A stretch of DNA of 64,000 nt, taken from Octopus vulgaris (Eukaryota). Under the pieces are notes generated by a model. The model had not been told where the DNA came from. It did no database searches and saw only the letters and a program-made list of their open reading frames with translations. Both the position numbers and the translations under genes were made by a program. This document shows positions 37,215-51,269 of the stretch, one piece after another. The stretch spans positions 12,090,001 to 12,154,000 of the forward strand of contig OX597821.1 in the NCBI GenBank assembly GCA_951406725.2, given 5' to 3'. How positions within the stretch are numbered: the stretch's first letter is position 1; every line of letters begins with the position of its first letter.

Positions 37215-37921
37215 ACAAATCTATTGTTCTTTGGCAAGTATAGAATTCGCTGTGTTTTCGAAGTTTCGGCTTAGCTAAGACCGTCATCAGACAATGTTAC
37301 ATTTGAGTTCATATTAGCTATGCTCAGCTAAATTTAAATTCCTTTAGTAATCTGAGCTGTGATGAATGATAATTAGGATGTGTGTTTGAGATGAGACGGG
37401 GAGGTAAGACGGGGGTGGTGGCGTAGAAACTTTATTAATTACATTTGAAGTAGTTTTATTCATCCGAAGTTATTGACATATATTGAACTTTGTTATCAGT
37501 TGTACACATTTACGTGCTTCATCTTCAGGTTATAGGGGTTCAAAATATATTTTAGTGGAATGCGTATGTTCGCTGACATGTCACTATGTTTAGTTATTTG
37601 TAGATTTATCCGCATATGAATGGGACCTATGGCTTTTTGTATTGGGACTGTGAAGTTTAAAATTTAATCGTTTGTAATTAGTTTGGCAGCTTCTTGTATT
37701 GGAGTTTTTAATACACACCTAAATTTAATCCTCCAAATGTCACCATAGCAACTTTCTATCAGAGCTTACCATCATTCAATATATTTCAACTCAACCTAAA
37801 ATTTTAGCATGGAAAAGATTATATAAAGCCAAAATGAACGTAAACGTACCACATTCCGATGATGGTTTATGTAGCCGAAACTTCGAAGAGTCACTTTCAA
37901 TAGTATTCTTGTTAAAGAATG

Positions 37922-37925
<4 letters not shown>
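37215..37925. mobile_element. Diverged inverted repeat with hammerhead-like cores (Penelope-like), between microsatellites
   Basis: Minus 37255-37295 CTGATGA-CGGT...GCC-GAAACTTCGAA and plus 37850-37895 CCGATGA-TGGT...GCC-GAAACTTCGAA; flanks also align (atgaactcaaatgta vs atgaacgtaaacgta). Confidence 0.55.
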
Positions 37926-37968
<43 letters not shown>

Positions 37969-38130
37969 GAAAGAGATTAAGAAAGAGTGAGGGAGTGGGA
38001 TTAATCTGTAAAGTATATATCTGAAAGAAGTTATATTTTAAAATCGATTCATTAGCGAAGTTGTTAATTTACAGTAAACTTTTCTAAGTTAAATTACACA
38101 CATACACACACATACACAGACACACACACG

Positions 38131-38162
<32 letters not shown>

Positions 38163-39418
38163 ATTTAATAATAAGTATGTAGTCGATAACCAGTCTTTCC
38201 GTCAGCCATCAATTGAATGAGAGTTAGTTAAATAAATAGTAGTCATTAAAACAAAAAACTCCAGAAGATGGATTGATTTTAAGGAATTATTACTTTTTTT
38301 TTAAATCAATAGCAAATTATATATCGTATTAGTTAGAGAGGCATTAGATTTCTAATTGTTAATTAGTATTTAAGTCAATCATGAGTCGAAATATAATTAT
38401 GAAACATTACATTTTAAATTTTAAAATTGTACAAGAATATTATAATCCCGTTTAAAACCTATAGGACCGAAGTCGTGAAGGAGGTGATGAAAATTTAGAA
38501 GGAATGAGAAAAATGAAAGAACAACTGAAAGGACATTTGAAAGAAAGTTAGTAATCAGAAAGAGAAAGAAAGTGCATAAATAAAAAAGAAATGCGTTAAA
38601 CACCGAGGGACAAAAGTAAATACAAATTAAGAAGAAAAATAAAAGTAGAAAGAACGTAATGAATAAGGAACTGAAAAGCGGACGGCTTTGTTTATAAAAT
38701 CAGCTAATGAAAGAAAGAAATTAAAACTAAAATATTTTGTATGAAAGATAAAAAGTAAGGAAGGAAATGAATACGGAAATAGGACTTCGGTAAAATATAG
38801 AAAGAACTAGAAACAAGCATGGGAATGTAACAACAGTAAGACAAGAGTAATGGTTAAAGATTGAATTTCGAAAGAGACATACAGAACAAAAATATAATAA
38901 CAAAAGAAGAAAACCAGGAATGAGAATAAAATACAGAAAGGCTAAAGAAAAAATGGACAGACGACATATGCTGAAAAAAAATATAAAGAATACATAAAAA
39001 GAGAGTAAATAAAGAGTAAAATGATTAATTCATATTTCTTGAGGTTAAAACCGTAGAATTTGAAAAAGAAAATGAGTATAAAAGAAGAAGACACAAAATA
39101 AACATCAGCAGCTAAATTAATAGGAATAACACCAATATCAATAAACACTAGAAAATAAATGGAATAACACCAGTAAACAAATGGAAAAAGCATCGTAGTA
39201 ACAACAGCAATAGCAGCAACAATAGAAACAAAAACTGTAAGCAGAAATATGGAAAAGAAAAAATAAACGTGAAAAATGAGTAAAGAGCTATTATTGTTGC
39301 AAGCAACAACAACTGACTTAATGTATCATAATGTCATGTTTAAATGTTTAGGGAGGCCATAATATCGAGAGAGGTGGAGGTGAGGAATGATGATGCGATA
39401 TGAAGCATATTGCATGTA

Positions 39419-39465
<47 letters not shown>

Positions 39466-39689
39466 TTGTGTGTGTGCGCGCGTATGTGATAAGATGAGAG
39501 AGGATGAAAGAGACTGAAGGAGATTGAGCAAAGTGTAGAAATAGCAGAGAAAACAGAAGAATTACAAAAATATTTGGTAATCAACAAGAGATATTTCACC
39601 ACTAAATGTCCCCTCGTAAACATTTGTACACCAGCAGGCATGTACACGCCAGCGCACACACTCTTGGTATCTGTCTCTCAGTATGGCTC

Positions 39690-39756
<67 letters not shown>

Positions 39757-40044
39757 CTGTGTGTGTCAGGATAATGTGTGTATGCATGGATGCTTGGAGT
39801 TTCATCTTTTCTATGCATGGACACTTTGACTGATGGAATGAAACACCATTGAAAGAAACGTCACACTGGTGAAGTATTTATACAAACACTCTGTAAAATT
39901 GCGTCTGAACCAAATTACTGTCTTAATAACTCTAATATTCCATGAGACAGACTGCAATGAAATAGTAAGACCATGGTTGAATGTAACAAACAGCAGTACA
40001 GCTCACAAATTTTGCCATCAAACATGACTATAAGTTCATTCTTT

Positions 40045-40103
<59 letters not shown>

Positions 40104-40254
40104 AAATATTAGGGAATAAATCCAAACTTACAGGGAAAAATCTTATTATTGGCTTGAGTTTTTCATTGTATGATTTGCCTAATAGTGGTTTTATCTCTAA
40201 TTTAATATAATATATATATATATATGTGTGTGTGTGCGTGTGGGGGGGGGAGTG

Positions 40255-40460
40255 AATCCAAACAAAGAAGAACAAACAAGAAAAAACAATAACGTGAGGA
40301 CGTGGTACAAGTACTGTAGTATCAGACGCTCAGGAAAGGAAAGAAAGAGGGTTTAAAGTTTCGAGTGAAGCTCTTCGTCAGAAATAGAGGAAAGTCGAAA
40401 AGAAGGAAAGACAGAGGAAGAAAATCGCCAACAATACACACGCGGTTACATTTTGAAATG
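40255..40460 (-). mobile_element. Penelope-like module with hammerhead-like motif at 40351-40385
   Basis: Minus strand TTT-CTGACGA-AGAG-CTTCA-CTC-GAAA-CTTT-AAAC then tttcctgagcg; homologue of 5290-5420. Confidence 0.55.
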
Positions 40461-40485
40461 TATATGTGCGTGTGTGTGTGTGTGT

Positions 40486-40543
<58 letters not shown>

Positions 40544-40586
40544 ATGTCTATGTGTGTACGCGTTAAGTTTTTAAAATATATTAGAA

Positions 40587-40622
<36 letters not shown>

Positions 40623-41060
40623 ACAAATCAATGAAAATAACGCAAGACAGACTCGACAGGAGGAAACTGATCGCATTTACAAAATTGTGTGTGCATGTTA
40701 GCGGATAGAATGTCTGGAAACATTCACGTCGTTCGACTCGTCTTTACCATTCGGCGTCGGGAAATGAGAAACTATAGACTAATCCAGTACTTGGTCAATT
40801 TTATCCTCCACCTCTCCCATTTCTCTACCTCCCAGTTCCAATTTAATTTTCTGTTTTCTTGAAAAAATTTATTACAATCAGGCATTGATTAGAAAGGGTT
40901 TCACTAGAATTAAAAGGACCACTATAGGTAGTACATGTGACGCCTTTTCTACTATCATATCGCTATTTGAGGTCCATGAATCGAACTAGCCAACCACCAT
41001 ATGGTATCTACTGAACCTTGTTAATAACATAATGCTGTTCAATATTACAACCGTTTTCAA

Positions 41061-41265
41061 GGCGGCGAGATGGCAATGTTAGCACGCTTCGCGAAATGGT
41101 TAGCGGAGTTCGTCTGACTTTTAAGTTCTGAGCTCAAATTCCGTCAAGGTCAACTTTACATTTCATCTTTTCGTGGTCGATAAATTAAGAACGACTTGCG
41201 TACTTGGGTCAATCCAATCGACTGGCATCCTCCCCAAAAATTTTGTGCCTAGATTAGAAAAGAAT
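41061..41265 (+). mobile_element. Family B-related SINE, diverged
   Basis: ggcggcgagatggcaatgttagcacgc...ctcaaattccgtcaaggtcaac. Confidence 0.8.
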
Positions 41266-41307
41266 ATTAACTCCATATTTTTTTCGTTTTTTTTTTATAT
41301 ATATACT

Positions 41308-41497
41308 GCTTTCAAATTTGGGCTCAAGAGGAATAATTTGGGGGAGAGGACTAGTCGATTACATCGATCCTTATGCTTAAGTGGTAATTATTTTATCGAC
41401 GCGAAAGAAGGAGAGGCAAAGTCGACCTTGGCGAAATTTGAACTCATAACGTAAAGGTGGGAAGAAATGTCGCTAACGAGTCTGGCATCTCGCCGCC
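41308..41497 (-). mobile_element. Family B-related SINE, diverged, inverted relative to 41061
   Basis: ttttatcgac...ggcaaagtcgaccttggcgaaatttgaactca...ctcgccgcc. Confidence 0.8.
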
Positions 41498-44087
41498 TTC
41501 TTATCCGTTTATAGATTACCATTGGTTTCGATTGAACTACTGTTCGTACATTCATGTTTGTATTTCCTTCTTTCCCATGTACGAGAAACAGAATTTTCAA
41601 CTTCACTTCCAAATTGCTGGCCACCGTCCTTTCTGGCCATGGTCATAAGCAAGTAGAAACCAATTATACCATTATGGTTAAAAAAAGGATTCGATATTGT
41701 GGTGTATGTTTGGCACCTTTCTGCATGGATTTGCTCCCTATTCTGCATCACAAGTCTTGAAAACTAACCAATTTAAACCTTGGATTCACACGTCTTTATC
41801 ATCGTTTATCAAAGCATAGACCACTGGGTGTAGATGGATATGAGAGATCAATAATCACTGTTCGATATGTGAGCACGTTCATATACATACATTCACACAC
41901 ACACACACACATGTCTATATGCACAGAGAGCGAGAGGGGGGGAGAAAGTGAGAAAAAGGCATGGCTGTCACTCTATCTATCTATCTATCTTTATATATAT
42001 ATGTGTGTGTGTGTGTGTGTACATACATTTATTTATTGATATGTATGTATGTATATATCCGTATATGCACACACACATATATAGAAAAAGAGAGACTGAA
42101 AGAGCTTCATAAGTGCCAATGCACAAAACTCTTGCCGCTTGAGTTACTCCTATGCTGCTGCTGCTACATGTTAATAAAATATATGAATATACTCATGTTT
42201 AGAGTTCTACTTTCCTGTCTGCTTCAACGTACCTATACACATGTATGTATGTGTGTGTATGTGTGTGTGTGCTTACAGATGTATATATGCATATGTATAT
42301 ATATCCATAGACATATACGTATATATACGTGTGTGTGTGTTTGTGTCTGTGTCTGTGTCTACATATATATGTATATATACACACACACACTTTGGCGCGC
42401 GTACAAACATGCATATATATATGCATATTTATGTAACAAACTTTCTCGATATATTTATACACACATAACATCCATAGATATGGACAGAAATAGCGACAGA
42501 TTCGCAGAGTTAAAGGAATAAATTATCAGCTTGTCGTCTCTGTGACGAAATTTGTATGCGTGTGAACACACACCCTCACTGCAATAACCCTAAAGGTACA
42601 AAATTCCATCTTCATAAATGACACTCGCAGGAAAAGGTCGTTCTGAAGATTTTCTTACACCTAAAGTATATTTCATGTATCTTATGCTAACGATTATTCT
42701 ATGTCCTCTCTCACCAAACAAAATAACCAATTGAAATCAATATACTTTTGAAGTTTACATCTTTCAAATAAGAATAGTGTAAGTCAATATTCTGGACGAA
42801 AATGTCATAGACACAATACTGTTGGTTTCTAAAAGTCAAGCAGTTCTTTCCTTTCATCATCTTGACAATACATACATACGAAATGTCCTCACGGAAAAAC
42901 AAACAAGATAAAAATTATTCGGCAATAGGTGGCAATTCAACATTAAAATAAAAACACGTTTTGTTGATATACAACATAACGATTTGAAATAGTGAAATGG
43001 CATCAGATCAATGTCTTTCGTAGATCTATACATAGATGTGAATGCATCAATCTACCAAAGAAATCAGTGAGTCACTCGGATTACAGACACTACACAGCCT
43101 CACGAAGTATCTAGCGATAACTCAGACAGGCCTAACATTAACCTTATTTCTTCTACTCTTATTAAATTGTCGTATTTATTCTTTCCTTTTTATATTACTT
43201 ACCACACGTTATTTTCATCTCAGCTTTACGTATGTGAGTGAGTTTCTCTCTATGTACGTATGGATGTGTGAGCATTTGTGTGTATGTATGTATGTGAGTG
43301 TGGTTTTCATATGAATGGATGTTTATGCGTGTCGGAATGATAGATAAACAGATAAAATATTACTCATTTAGTTTCACAATCTGACGGTTATGAATCATTC
43401 CACCAATACTACTACAGTAAACGAAATTTCACAGAGATTGTGAAAATGTGTTTCTTATATTCTTTAAACCTTGTATACAATGATACTTCATTTCAGGGAA
43501 ATTATGTGTATGGCTGTGATTATTATTGATTGATGACAAATGAAGATTACTATGAAAGCAAGCTTCTTCCTTCTGAATTAATTGTGGAATGTAATTGATA
43601 GGATTTTTTGTAATTTTTATATTCAGTTATCTGTTTTATTCCTTCTTCCTTTTTTTTTTTTTTTTGGCATTATGGAATCTTTAGAATTTCCGCAATGAAA
43701 ATATTCCATTATAATGATGAGAAAAAAATGAGATAAAAGAAAATTACAAATTGAAAAAAAAAAACAACATGTAATGTTATCTTAATTATTGCTGAAACCT
43801 TAGAGTTAACGATTGAAACACAATCAAAATGAAAACAATAATAGATGCAACAAAATTATAAACAATAACAGCATCTATAAAAAACGATAATTGCTAGAAC
43901 AGCATTAATAATAATAACAGTAATAATAACGTGAATGATGGTAAAATGAAAGCTGATGGAATTGAATGAAAGAATGGATCTCTGGATTCGGAGCACGATA
44001 CAAATCTCAAGTTCAAACCACGTTGAGTTTTCTTTCCTACAGAACATTACGAGTCAATAATCCACAGAATCCAATACGATTCCAAAA

Positions 44088-44319
44088 GGCGGCGAGCTGG
44101 CAGGAACGTTAGCACGCCGGGCGAAATGCTTAGCGGTATTTCGTCTGCCATTACGTTCTGAGTTCAAATTCCGCCGAGGTCGACTTTGCCTTTCATCCTT
44201 TCGGGGTCGATAAATTAAGTACCAGTTACGCAATGGGGTCGACAGAATCGACTTAATCCCTTTGTCTGTCCTTGTTTGCCCCCTCTATGTTTAGCCCCTT
44301 GTGGGTAGTAAAGAAATAA
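44088..44319 (+). mobile_element. Family B SINE, full length
   Basis: Near-identical to the other young family B copies. Confidence 0.93.
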
Positions 44320-45113
44320 GAATCCAATGCAAACTCCTCTCCAAATTTTCGTCGCTCGTTGATTCAGCATTTTCAGCTGAAATGAGTACCGACCAAGGCA
44401 TATTGCATCTGTCTGTATGTCTTTCTCTCTTTCTTTCAGTCTTTTATTCCCTCTTCAGACACACACACAGTGTCTCTCTCTCTCTCTCTCTCTCTCTCAC
44501 TTCTGGGTGAATAACAGTGAACTTTAAAAAGCCATCTCTATGTACTTTCGATTGCATAGAAACCTAAAACATTTAGCGAAAGTATGGTACAAGCTCCCTA
44601 ATTATGCTTATGTGCAACTAAGCACAATGATAAACGATAACTACAAGAATATAAATTCAAGAACAATTTTCCCGTCCTCAGGGAACGGACAGTTTTGTAG
44701 TTGTAATTAAGTGGAATAATAATAACAAGAGTTTTATTATGTTAATGTTATTTTTATTCGACATAGAAATATAATGTAGTAGTTGAAAGCTATAAAATAG
44801 AATTCTATAAAGCAAAGACCTGAATTAAATATAATAAAGTTTCCAATTTCGCTTGCAATGCTCTTGTCATTTTCCATCACATTTATAGAAAGAAAAAATT
44901 ATGTAAGTGTTCGTGACGAAATAAAAAGCTGGGAAACAAAAACAAGTACAATAATTTCATTTACTAGGAAGAAGGAATGGAGAAACCATAGATGTTTATG
45001 AAAATAGATTCAAACCATCGGTGTAGCCTTTAAAGATTTACAGCCGCAAATACATCAGCGACGGTAATATTAATAATAATATTGCTGGCTATAATTTCTA
45101 CAGAATATATGTA

Positions 45114-45774
45114 GCAGGAGTTGCTGTGTGGTAAGTAGCTTGCTAACCAACCTCATGGTTCCGGGTTCAGTCCCACTGCGTGGCATCTTGGGCAAGTGTC
45201 TTCTACTATAATCTCGGGCCGACCAATGCCTTGTGAGTGGATTTGGTAGACGGAAACTGAAAGAAGCCTGTCGTATATATGTATATATATATATATATTT
45301 CTTTATTGCCCACAAGGGGCTAAACACAGAGAGGACAAACAGGGACAGACTAACGGATTAAGTCGATTACATCGACCCCAGTGCGTAACTGGTACTTAAT
45401 TTATCGACCCCGAAAGGATGAAAGGCAAAGTCGACCTCGGCGGAATTTGAGCTCAGAACGTAACGTCAGACGAAATACGGCTACTCATTTCGCCCGGCGT
45501 GCTAATGTTTCTGCCAGCTCGCCGCCTTATATATATATATGTATGTATGTGTGTGTGAGTTTGTGTGTCTGCGTTTGTACCCCTAGCATTGCTTGACAAC
45601 CGATGCTGGTGTGTTAACGTCCCCGTCACTTAGCGGTTCAGCAAAAAGAGACCGATAGAATAAGTACTGGGCTTACAAAGAATAAGTCCCGGGGTCGATT
45701 TGCTTGACTAAAGGCGGTGCTCCAGCATGGCCGCAGTCAAATGACTGAAACAAGTAAAAGAGTAAAAGAGTAAA
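45114..45774 (+). mobile_element. Family A SINE interrupted by a nested family B SINE
   Basis: A 5' half 45114-45296 and A 3' half 45527-45774 flank the insert. Confidence 0.92.
45297..45526 (-). mobile_element. Family B SINE nested in the (TA)n of a family A SINE
   Basis: Complete reverse-complement copy with (TA)n on both sides. Confidence 0.93.
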
Positions 45775-45802
45775 CAACCTTAACAAAATAATATTTTGAT
45801 AT

Positions 45803-45855
45803 TCTTTTATTCTTTTACTCTTTTACTTGTTTCAGTCATTTGACTGCAGCCATTC
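45803..45855 (-). mobile_element. Family A SINE tail fragment
   Basis: tcttttacttgtttcagtcatttgactgcagccat. Confidence 0.8.
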
Positions 45856-46170
45856 TGTACACACCCCCTCAAAACCTTAAAAACAGTAGATATTGAAACA
45901 TTGAGAGAGTTAAATCATGAGGGAGAGTAAGTTGTAGCATTGCTTAGCTGAGTAGACGTACGTTACGTGAAATGATATGCCTTCTTCAGGAACACAACTC
46001 ACCATTCGTTTCGAGGATGAGACCCGTAAATAAATACATATGAGCACAAAATAACGTATAGGTCCATGGCCTTACATGCACCGGCACATAAACAGTAAAT
46101 GTCACACCGCCATACACACGTTCGCACACACACACACACACACACATACACACAGTCACACACATATACG

Positions 46171-46209
<39 letters not shown>

Positions 46210-46212
46210 TTT

Positions 46213-47089
46213 AGAGGGTGTACTAAAAATTAACAGGTAATATTCTCTGTGGGACAAATCCGTTGTAGTTCAGAGTCCCTCCAATAGAAGCCATTGATCC
46301 GATGCTCAGGCATAAGTCTACTGACCGGCATCGTCGGTTGAAGTCGTACTGCCACGTGGTGCGTTTTGTTTTGCAGTGCTTATTACCTTTTTGTCGATTT
46401 TTGCGATTGTTAAGAAGGAACAGGGTGCTTCCATGAAATTTTGCTTTCTGCTGCCCAAAATGGCGGCCGAAAGAGTTGTCATGCTTCAGACAACTTACAA
46501 CAACGCTGCTATTAGCAAAACACCAGTTTACGAGTGGTTTCCACGCTTTAGGAATGGTCACTTGTTGCTTGACGACCAACCGCGTTTAAGGCGACCATCG
46601 ACCAAGCGAACGAATTAAAACATCACGAATACGTATGAACTGATCTTGGCGGTCCGTCACCAAAAACTTGACAATCTTGGTCATAAGAATAGAGTGCCCT
46701 GGAGCTCTTGCCAATAAATATTGAGCAATGAATTGCAACAAAATTTGTGCCTCTCTTGCTCACGGAAGATCAAAAGCAGTCACGACTGAATGTGTGTCGT
46801 GAACTGAAAGAAGAGTTAGAAGTTGAACCGGACCTGTTATCGAAGGTCATAACAGGTGACTAAATCTGGTGCTATTGAATTTGCAGATGTGTAGGAGTGG
46901 TAGAAAAAGTCGACGAATGTGTTAAAAACATTATTTCGCAAGGGCTTCATGATTGCTTCTAATATTGGAAAACGCGACTAAATTGCTTCAAATGGAGAAT
47001 ATTTTAAAGGCGATAACAGTGTAAATATGGAAACCTAAGTGAACTAAATAATATTGCAAATTTATGGAGGTTTCTGGGCACCCCTCGTA
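46213..47089 (+). mobile_element. Internally deleted mariner element
   Basis: EQGASMKFCF...VYEWFPRFRNG...DDQPR..RPST HTH region, later KFVPLLLTEDQK and VITGD motifs; decayed termini gagggtgtac / gggcacccctcgta. Confidence 0.85.
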
Positions 47090-48017
47090 TATCAGGAAAA
47101 ATATAGACTGCTGTAAAAAAACAAGATTTAAGATTTTCAAAAATGATATAACCAAAAGGCAAAATGGGAGTATATATCAATTATAAACATTAAAAAAGAA
47201 AGATTACATACAATCAGTTTAATATTCATTCATGTACTTAATAATGCATCAGGTGGTTTCGATAAAGACTGCTCATGGCATTTACCTATGGAATACTGGA
47301 AAGATAAACATGCTATATATATATACATACATAAGGCAGGGTTGTTTCACTTTCTATCAACTTAATCCACTTGCATAAACTTGCCTTGCCTGGGACTATA
47401 TTAGAAGAGAGTTACCCAAGCATGGGTTTCAACCATGTGTTTTGCAAGCAAACTTCCTTCCGTACAGCCACGTCCGCTGCTATACTCACAGAGAGTGGCA
47501 ATACACTCACATACACTCTTTATTAGAAAAAGTCATATGACTAAATTCCAAACAATTTGGTTTTAAGTATTATGTAACGTATCGTTTTAAACATAATCCC
47601 ATTCATTTACTAAAACGACTGAAATGCATTTACTCTTCCAAAAACTAAAATTTCATTGTCTATCATAATGGTAGGGTAGGTGAAATTATCACACTCCTTT
47701 AACATCAAACTCAGCCAACTAAAATTTATCTGTCCATAGATTTGCATAAATTTATGTGTGCGCGTAGTCATGGATATGGTTGTAGATTTATATTGAAGAT
47801 TTATATTTGCGAGGTTATGAAAGGTGAATCGTGAGAGACGAAGTAATTTTAAATATGGTGTACACACCATGATATACATCAAGTCCTGTCCACCTGTTTC
47901 ATTTAACAAAAATTAACTTTTGAGTGCATGCCTATGTGTACACAGGCATGGCTACACGCACACATACATCTCTAAATATATATAAATATATACATAGATA
48001 CATATATACATACACAT

Positions 48018-48062
<45 letters not shown>

Positions 48063-48202
48063 GATGTATACATCTTATACACACACACATATATATGTAT
48101 TCATGCACTAACATGTATAGGCGTAATTCTATTTGTGCGTGTAATACTCCCCCGTTTTCGTTTCACTTCTCTCTTTCTTTCTCTCAGTCTATATGCTATA
48201 TG

Positions 48203-48304
<102 letters not shown>

Positions 48305-49226
48305 TACATGTTTACATACATATACATATATATATATATGTTTACATATATGCTTGTGTATAATGCAACTTCAAACAGCGAATGAATAGCAACCACACGG
48401 AAGAAAGCAACAATAAAAAAGAATATCCACGTTGTTAAATTAGAAAGAGAAACACAAAAAAGCCATGTTAAAGTGAAAGGACGATGTGTGAGCTTTCGAT
48501 AAGTGAAAAGTCGTAGTAAATACAGAAATGAATTAATGGCATACGAATAGAAATCTGCTGGTTGAAAATGACACATGAAAAGGCAACAAAGTAACTAAGT
48601 CTTCAACACCAAGTAATCTAACAATGTGGCGTATGAATAGAGTTATAATAAATAGATTAGATCTGAAACCAGATTACTGGCAAAGCTGTAAGCTGGATTC
48701 CAGCTAAATTTGTTCTTTCATACAGCAATCGGCTGAAACAAGTCTATGAAAAAGTAAGAAGCTTTAAAGTAATATTCTCTGATAAGTTTCGATTGAGAAT
48801 AAAACTTATGTTAGGTATGAACGTATAGAATGAATTTACAATGGAGGAACTGATACGTTGCTGTTTCGGTCCGTATATTTATAGTAAACGTAAAAGAACG
48901 GTGATGCTGTTATTTAAGAAAAAATCTGGAAGTACCTGAAGGGGAATAGAAAGAGAAACTCACAATTCGTATCAAAGTGAGTCGAGAATCTCGAACTTCT
49001 ATTCAAATAAAAAAGCAGAGTCAAATCGACAACCTGCGATCCTATCCACCGTCTTAAATATTAGAGCAGTAATCTGGATAATTGTATTCTAAAAACACCG
49101 GTACTGGAAAACAAAAGGGTGTGTTGAGCACTAAAATATTTTTCTATTGTTGGTTGGTGCAATCACAAAAAGACTCTTGAATAATCTCCACCAGCATCAA
49201 CAACACACCACCAACAACAACAATAA

Positions 49227-50889
49227 CACTGGTCTGCCTGATTTCTTTTATTGCCTGTATGGTATCTTTTTCTGAATATATATGAAAAATAATGAATCAT
49301 TGTGTTTTTTATTCATTTCTATCACATCAGGTTGTCAAGTTATATGGAGACGTTACTTTTCTCTTTTTCTCTAACAAGTAAAGGATAAATTAAAATGCTA
49401 AACTTATATAGACTTGAATGTTAAATCTAAAATATTTTTCGTTATTTTCAGTCTGTGAATATGTCTAGAGGCTGCATTAATTCACCAGATATATTGTGCT
49501 ATGTCTGCGGACATACTAATGAGATAGAAATAATCTATGAGCCACCAAGAAATGAAGATTCCAAATTCTTCAACTAAGTGGAGCTCAATGACTTGGTTAG
49601 AGACCTTGACCTCCCAAAAGAAAGTGCACAGTTACTAGGCTCTAGACTGCAGGAACAACATTTATTTAGTACCGTCATAGAGCGGAATTCACCCAGCTGT
49701 TTGGGAAAGAGGATTCTGTAGACTTCTGTTCAAATATTTCTGGCCTTATTGAAAATATGGGGATGTCGTGCAAAGCAGATGAATGGAGGTTCTTCATTGA
49801 TCTTTCTAACAGAAGTTTAAAGGATTTTCTTCTCTACAATGGCAACACGGCTGCATCTGTGTCATTTGGCCATAGTGTCCAAATACCAGAAACTTACGAA
49901 AAGTAATAACTGCAATCAAGTACCATAATCACAATTCTCTCATTTGTGGTGATTTAGAAGTTATTGTTCTCCTACTAGGTCTTCAAGGGGAATACACTAA
50001 GTATCCCTGTTTTCTGTGTTTTGGGGATAGTGATGCAGACAGCCAGCACTATGGACAAAAATACTGGCCACCAAGAACCAGCTTCGTACCCGGAAATCAC
50101 AACGTGAAAGCTGTGCTACTAGTTTACCCCCCAAAATTGTGCTGCCACCACTCCACATAAATTTAGGGCTTATGAAAAATTTTATGAAGGTCCTTAACAA
50201 AAGTGGAGCTGCTTTCAAGTACTTGGAGTTAAAGTTTCCTCGTATAAGTGAAGGCAAACTAAAAGCACGAAAAGTTGTTCCCCCACCCAGATTCGGGAAT
50301 TGATGCGGGGCAATCATTTTCAGGAAGCATTAGCAGGTGTCGAAGTGAATGCCTGCTTTTACTTCAAGAGATTGTACGAAATTCTTGGGAATCAGCCGCT
50401 CTCCAGAGTGTGAAAAAAGGATCTAAGTCTTGATATCAAGTTTCCAACAACTTGAGTCTATAATAAGTGTGAAGATTCATTTTTTGCACTCGCATCTTGA
50501 TTATTTTCCCAAAAATTATGTGGACTACGGTGAGGAACAAGAAGAGCGGTTCCATCAAGACATTTACACAATGGGAACTCAATAGCAGGGCAAATGGAGT
50601 GTAAGCATGATGGCCGATTCTGCTGGTCATTGAAACATGATGGTCCCAATGCACAACACAAGCAGAAATCAAAGTCGTCTTCCTTCCTTCGAATCAATAT
50701 ATAAGCTAACCATTAAGAGCATATTCTTTACATTCGTTTGGTTTGATGTTGATAATTCTGATTCCTTTCATGATGAACGTGGTTCATTTCATGTTAATTT
50801 GGAAAACATACGTTCTTAAAATTAACACAATGTGCTTTTCCTTGATTAATTGTTTTTAATAAAGTAATAATTTATTATAAATTCACATG

Positions 50890-50970
<81 letters not shown>

Positions 50971-51109
50971 TTGTATATAATTCAAAATCATTATGTGACA
51001 GAAAAAAATAGTTTAGATATTTAAAATCAGCAACCCAGGAGTATGTAATATCATATCCATGAATAGAAATAAAAAAAAAACCCTGAAAGTTCCCAAATGC
51101 GGACCAGTG
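49227..51109 (+). mobile_element. Chapaev3-like DNA transposon, decayed but with both ends
   Basis: TIRs CACTGGTCTGC / GCGGACCAGTG flanked by TAA on both sides; remnants ELNDLVRDLDLPKESAQLLGSRL, TKYPCFLC, LPPLHINLGLMKNF, KIHFLHSHLDYFP, ERFHQDI. Confidence 0.87.
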
Positions 51110-51269
51110 TAATCATTAAAATGTGATATTATCTCAAATATTTTAAGCACCAAATTACAGTATTAAACTACCTGATGCTTTATAGTAATAATAATACTCA
51201 GCATTTCGTCCAGCGTGCTGATGACACGGCCAACTCGCCGCCTTAATGATAACTCTTTATATTCGCAAT

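Noticed and set aside
38400-39330. A/G-rich kilobase as a charged coiled-coil exon
   Set aside because: Stops in all frames; low-complexity sequence
41560-41760. Moderately GC-balanced stretch as a possible exon
   Set aside because: No recognisable protein motif or convincing splice pair on either strand
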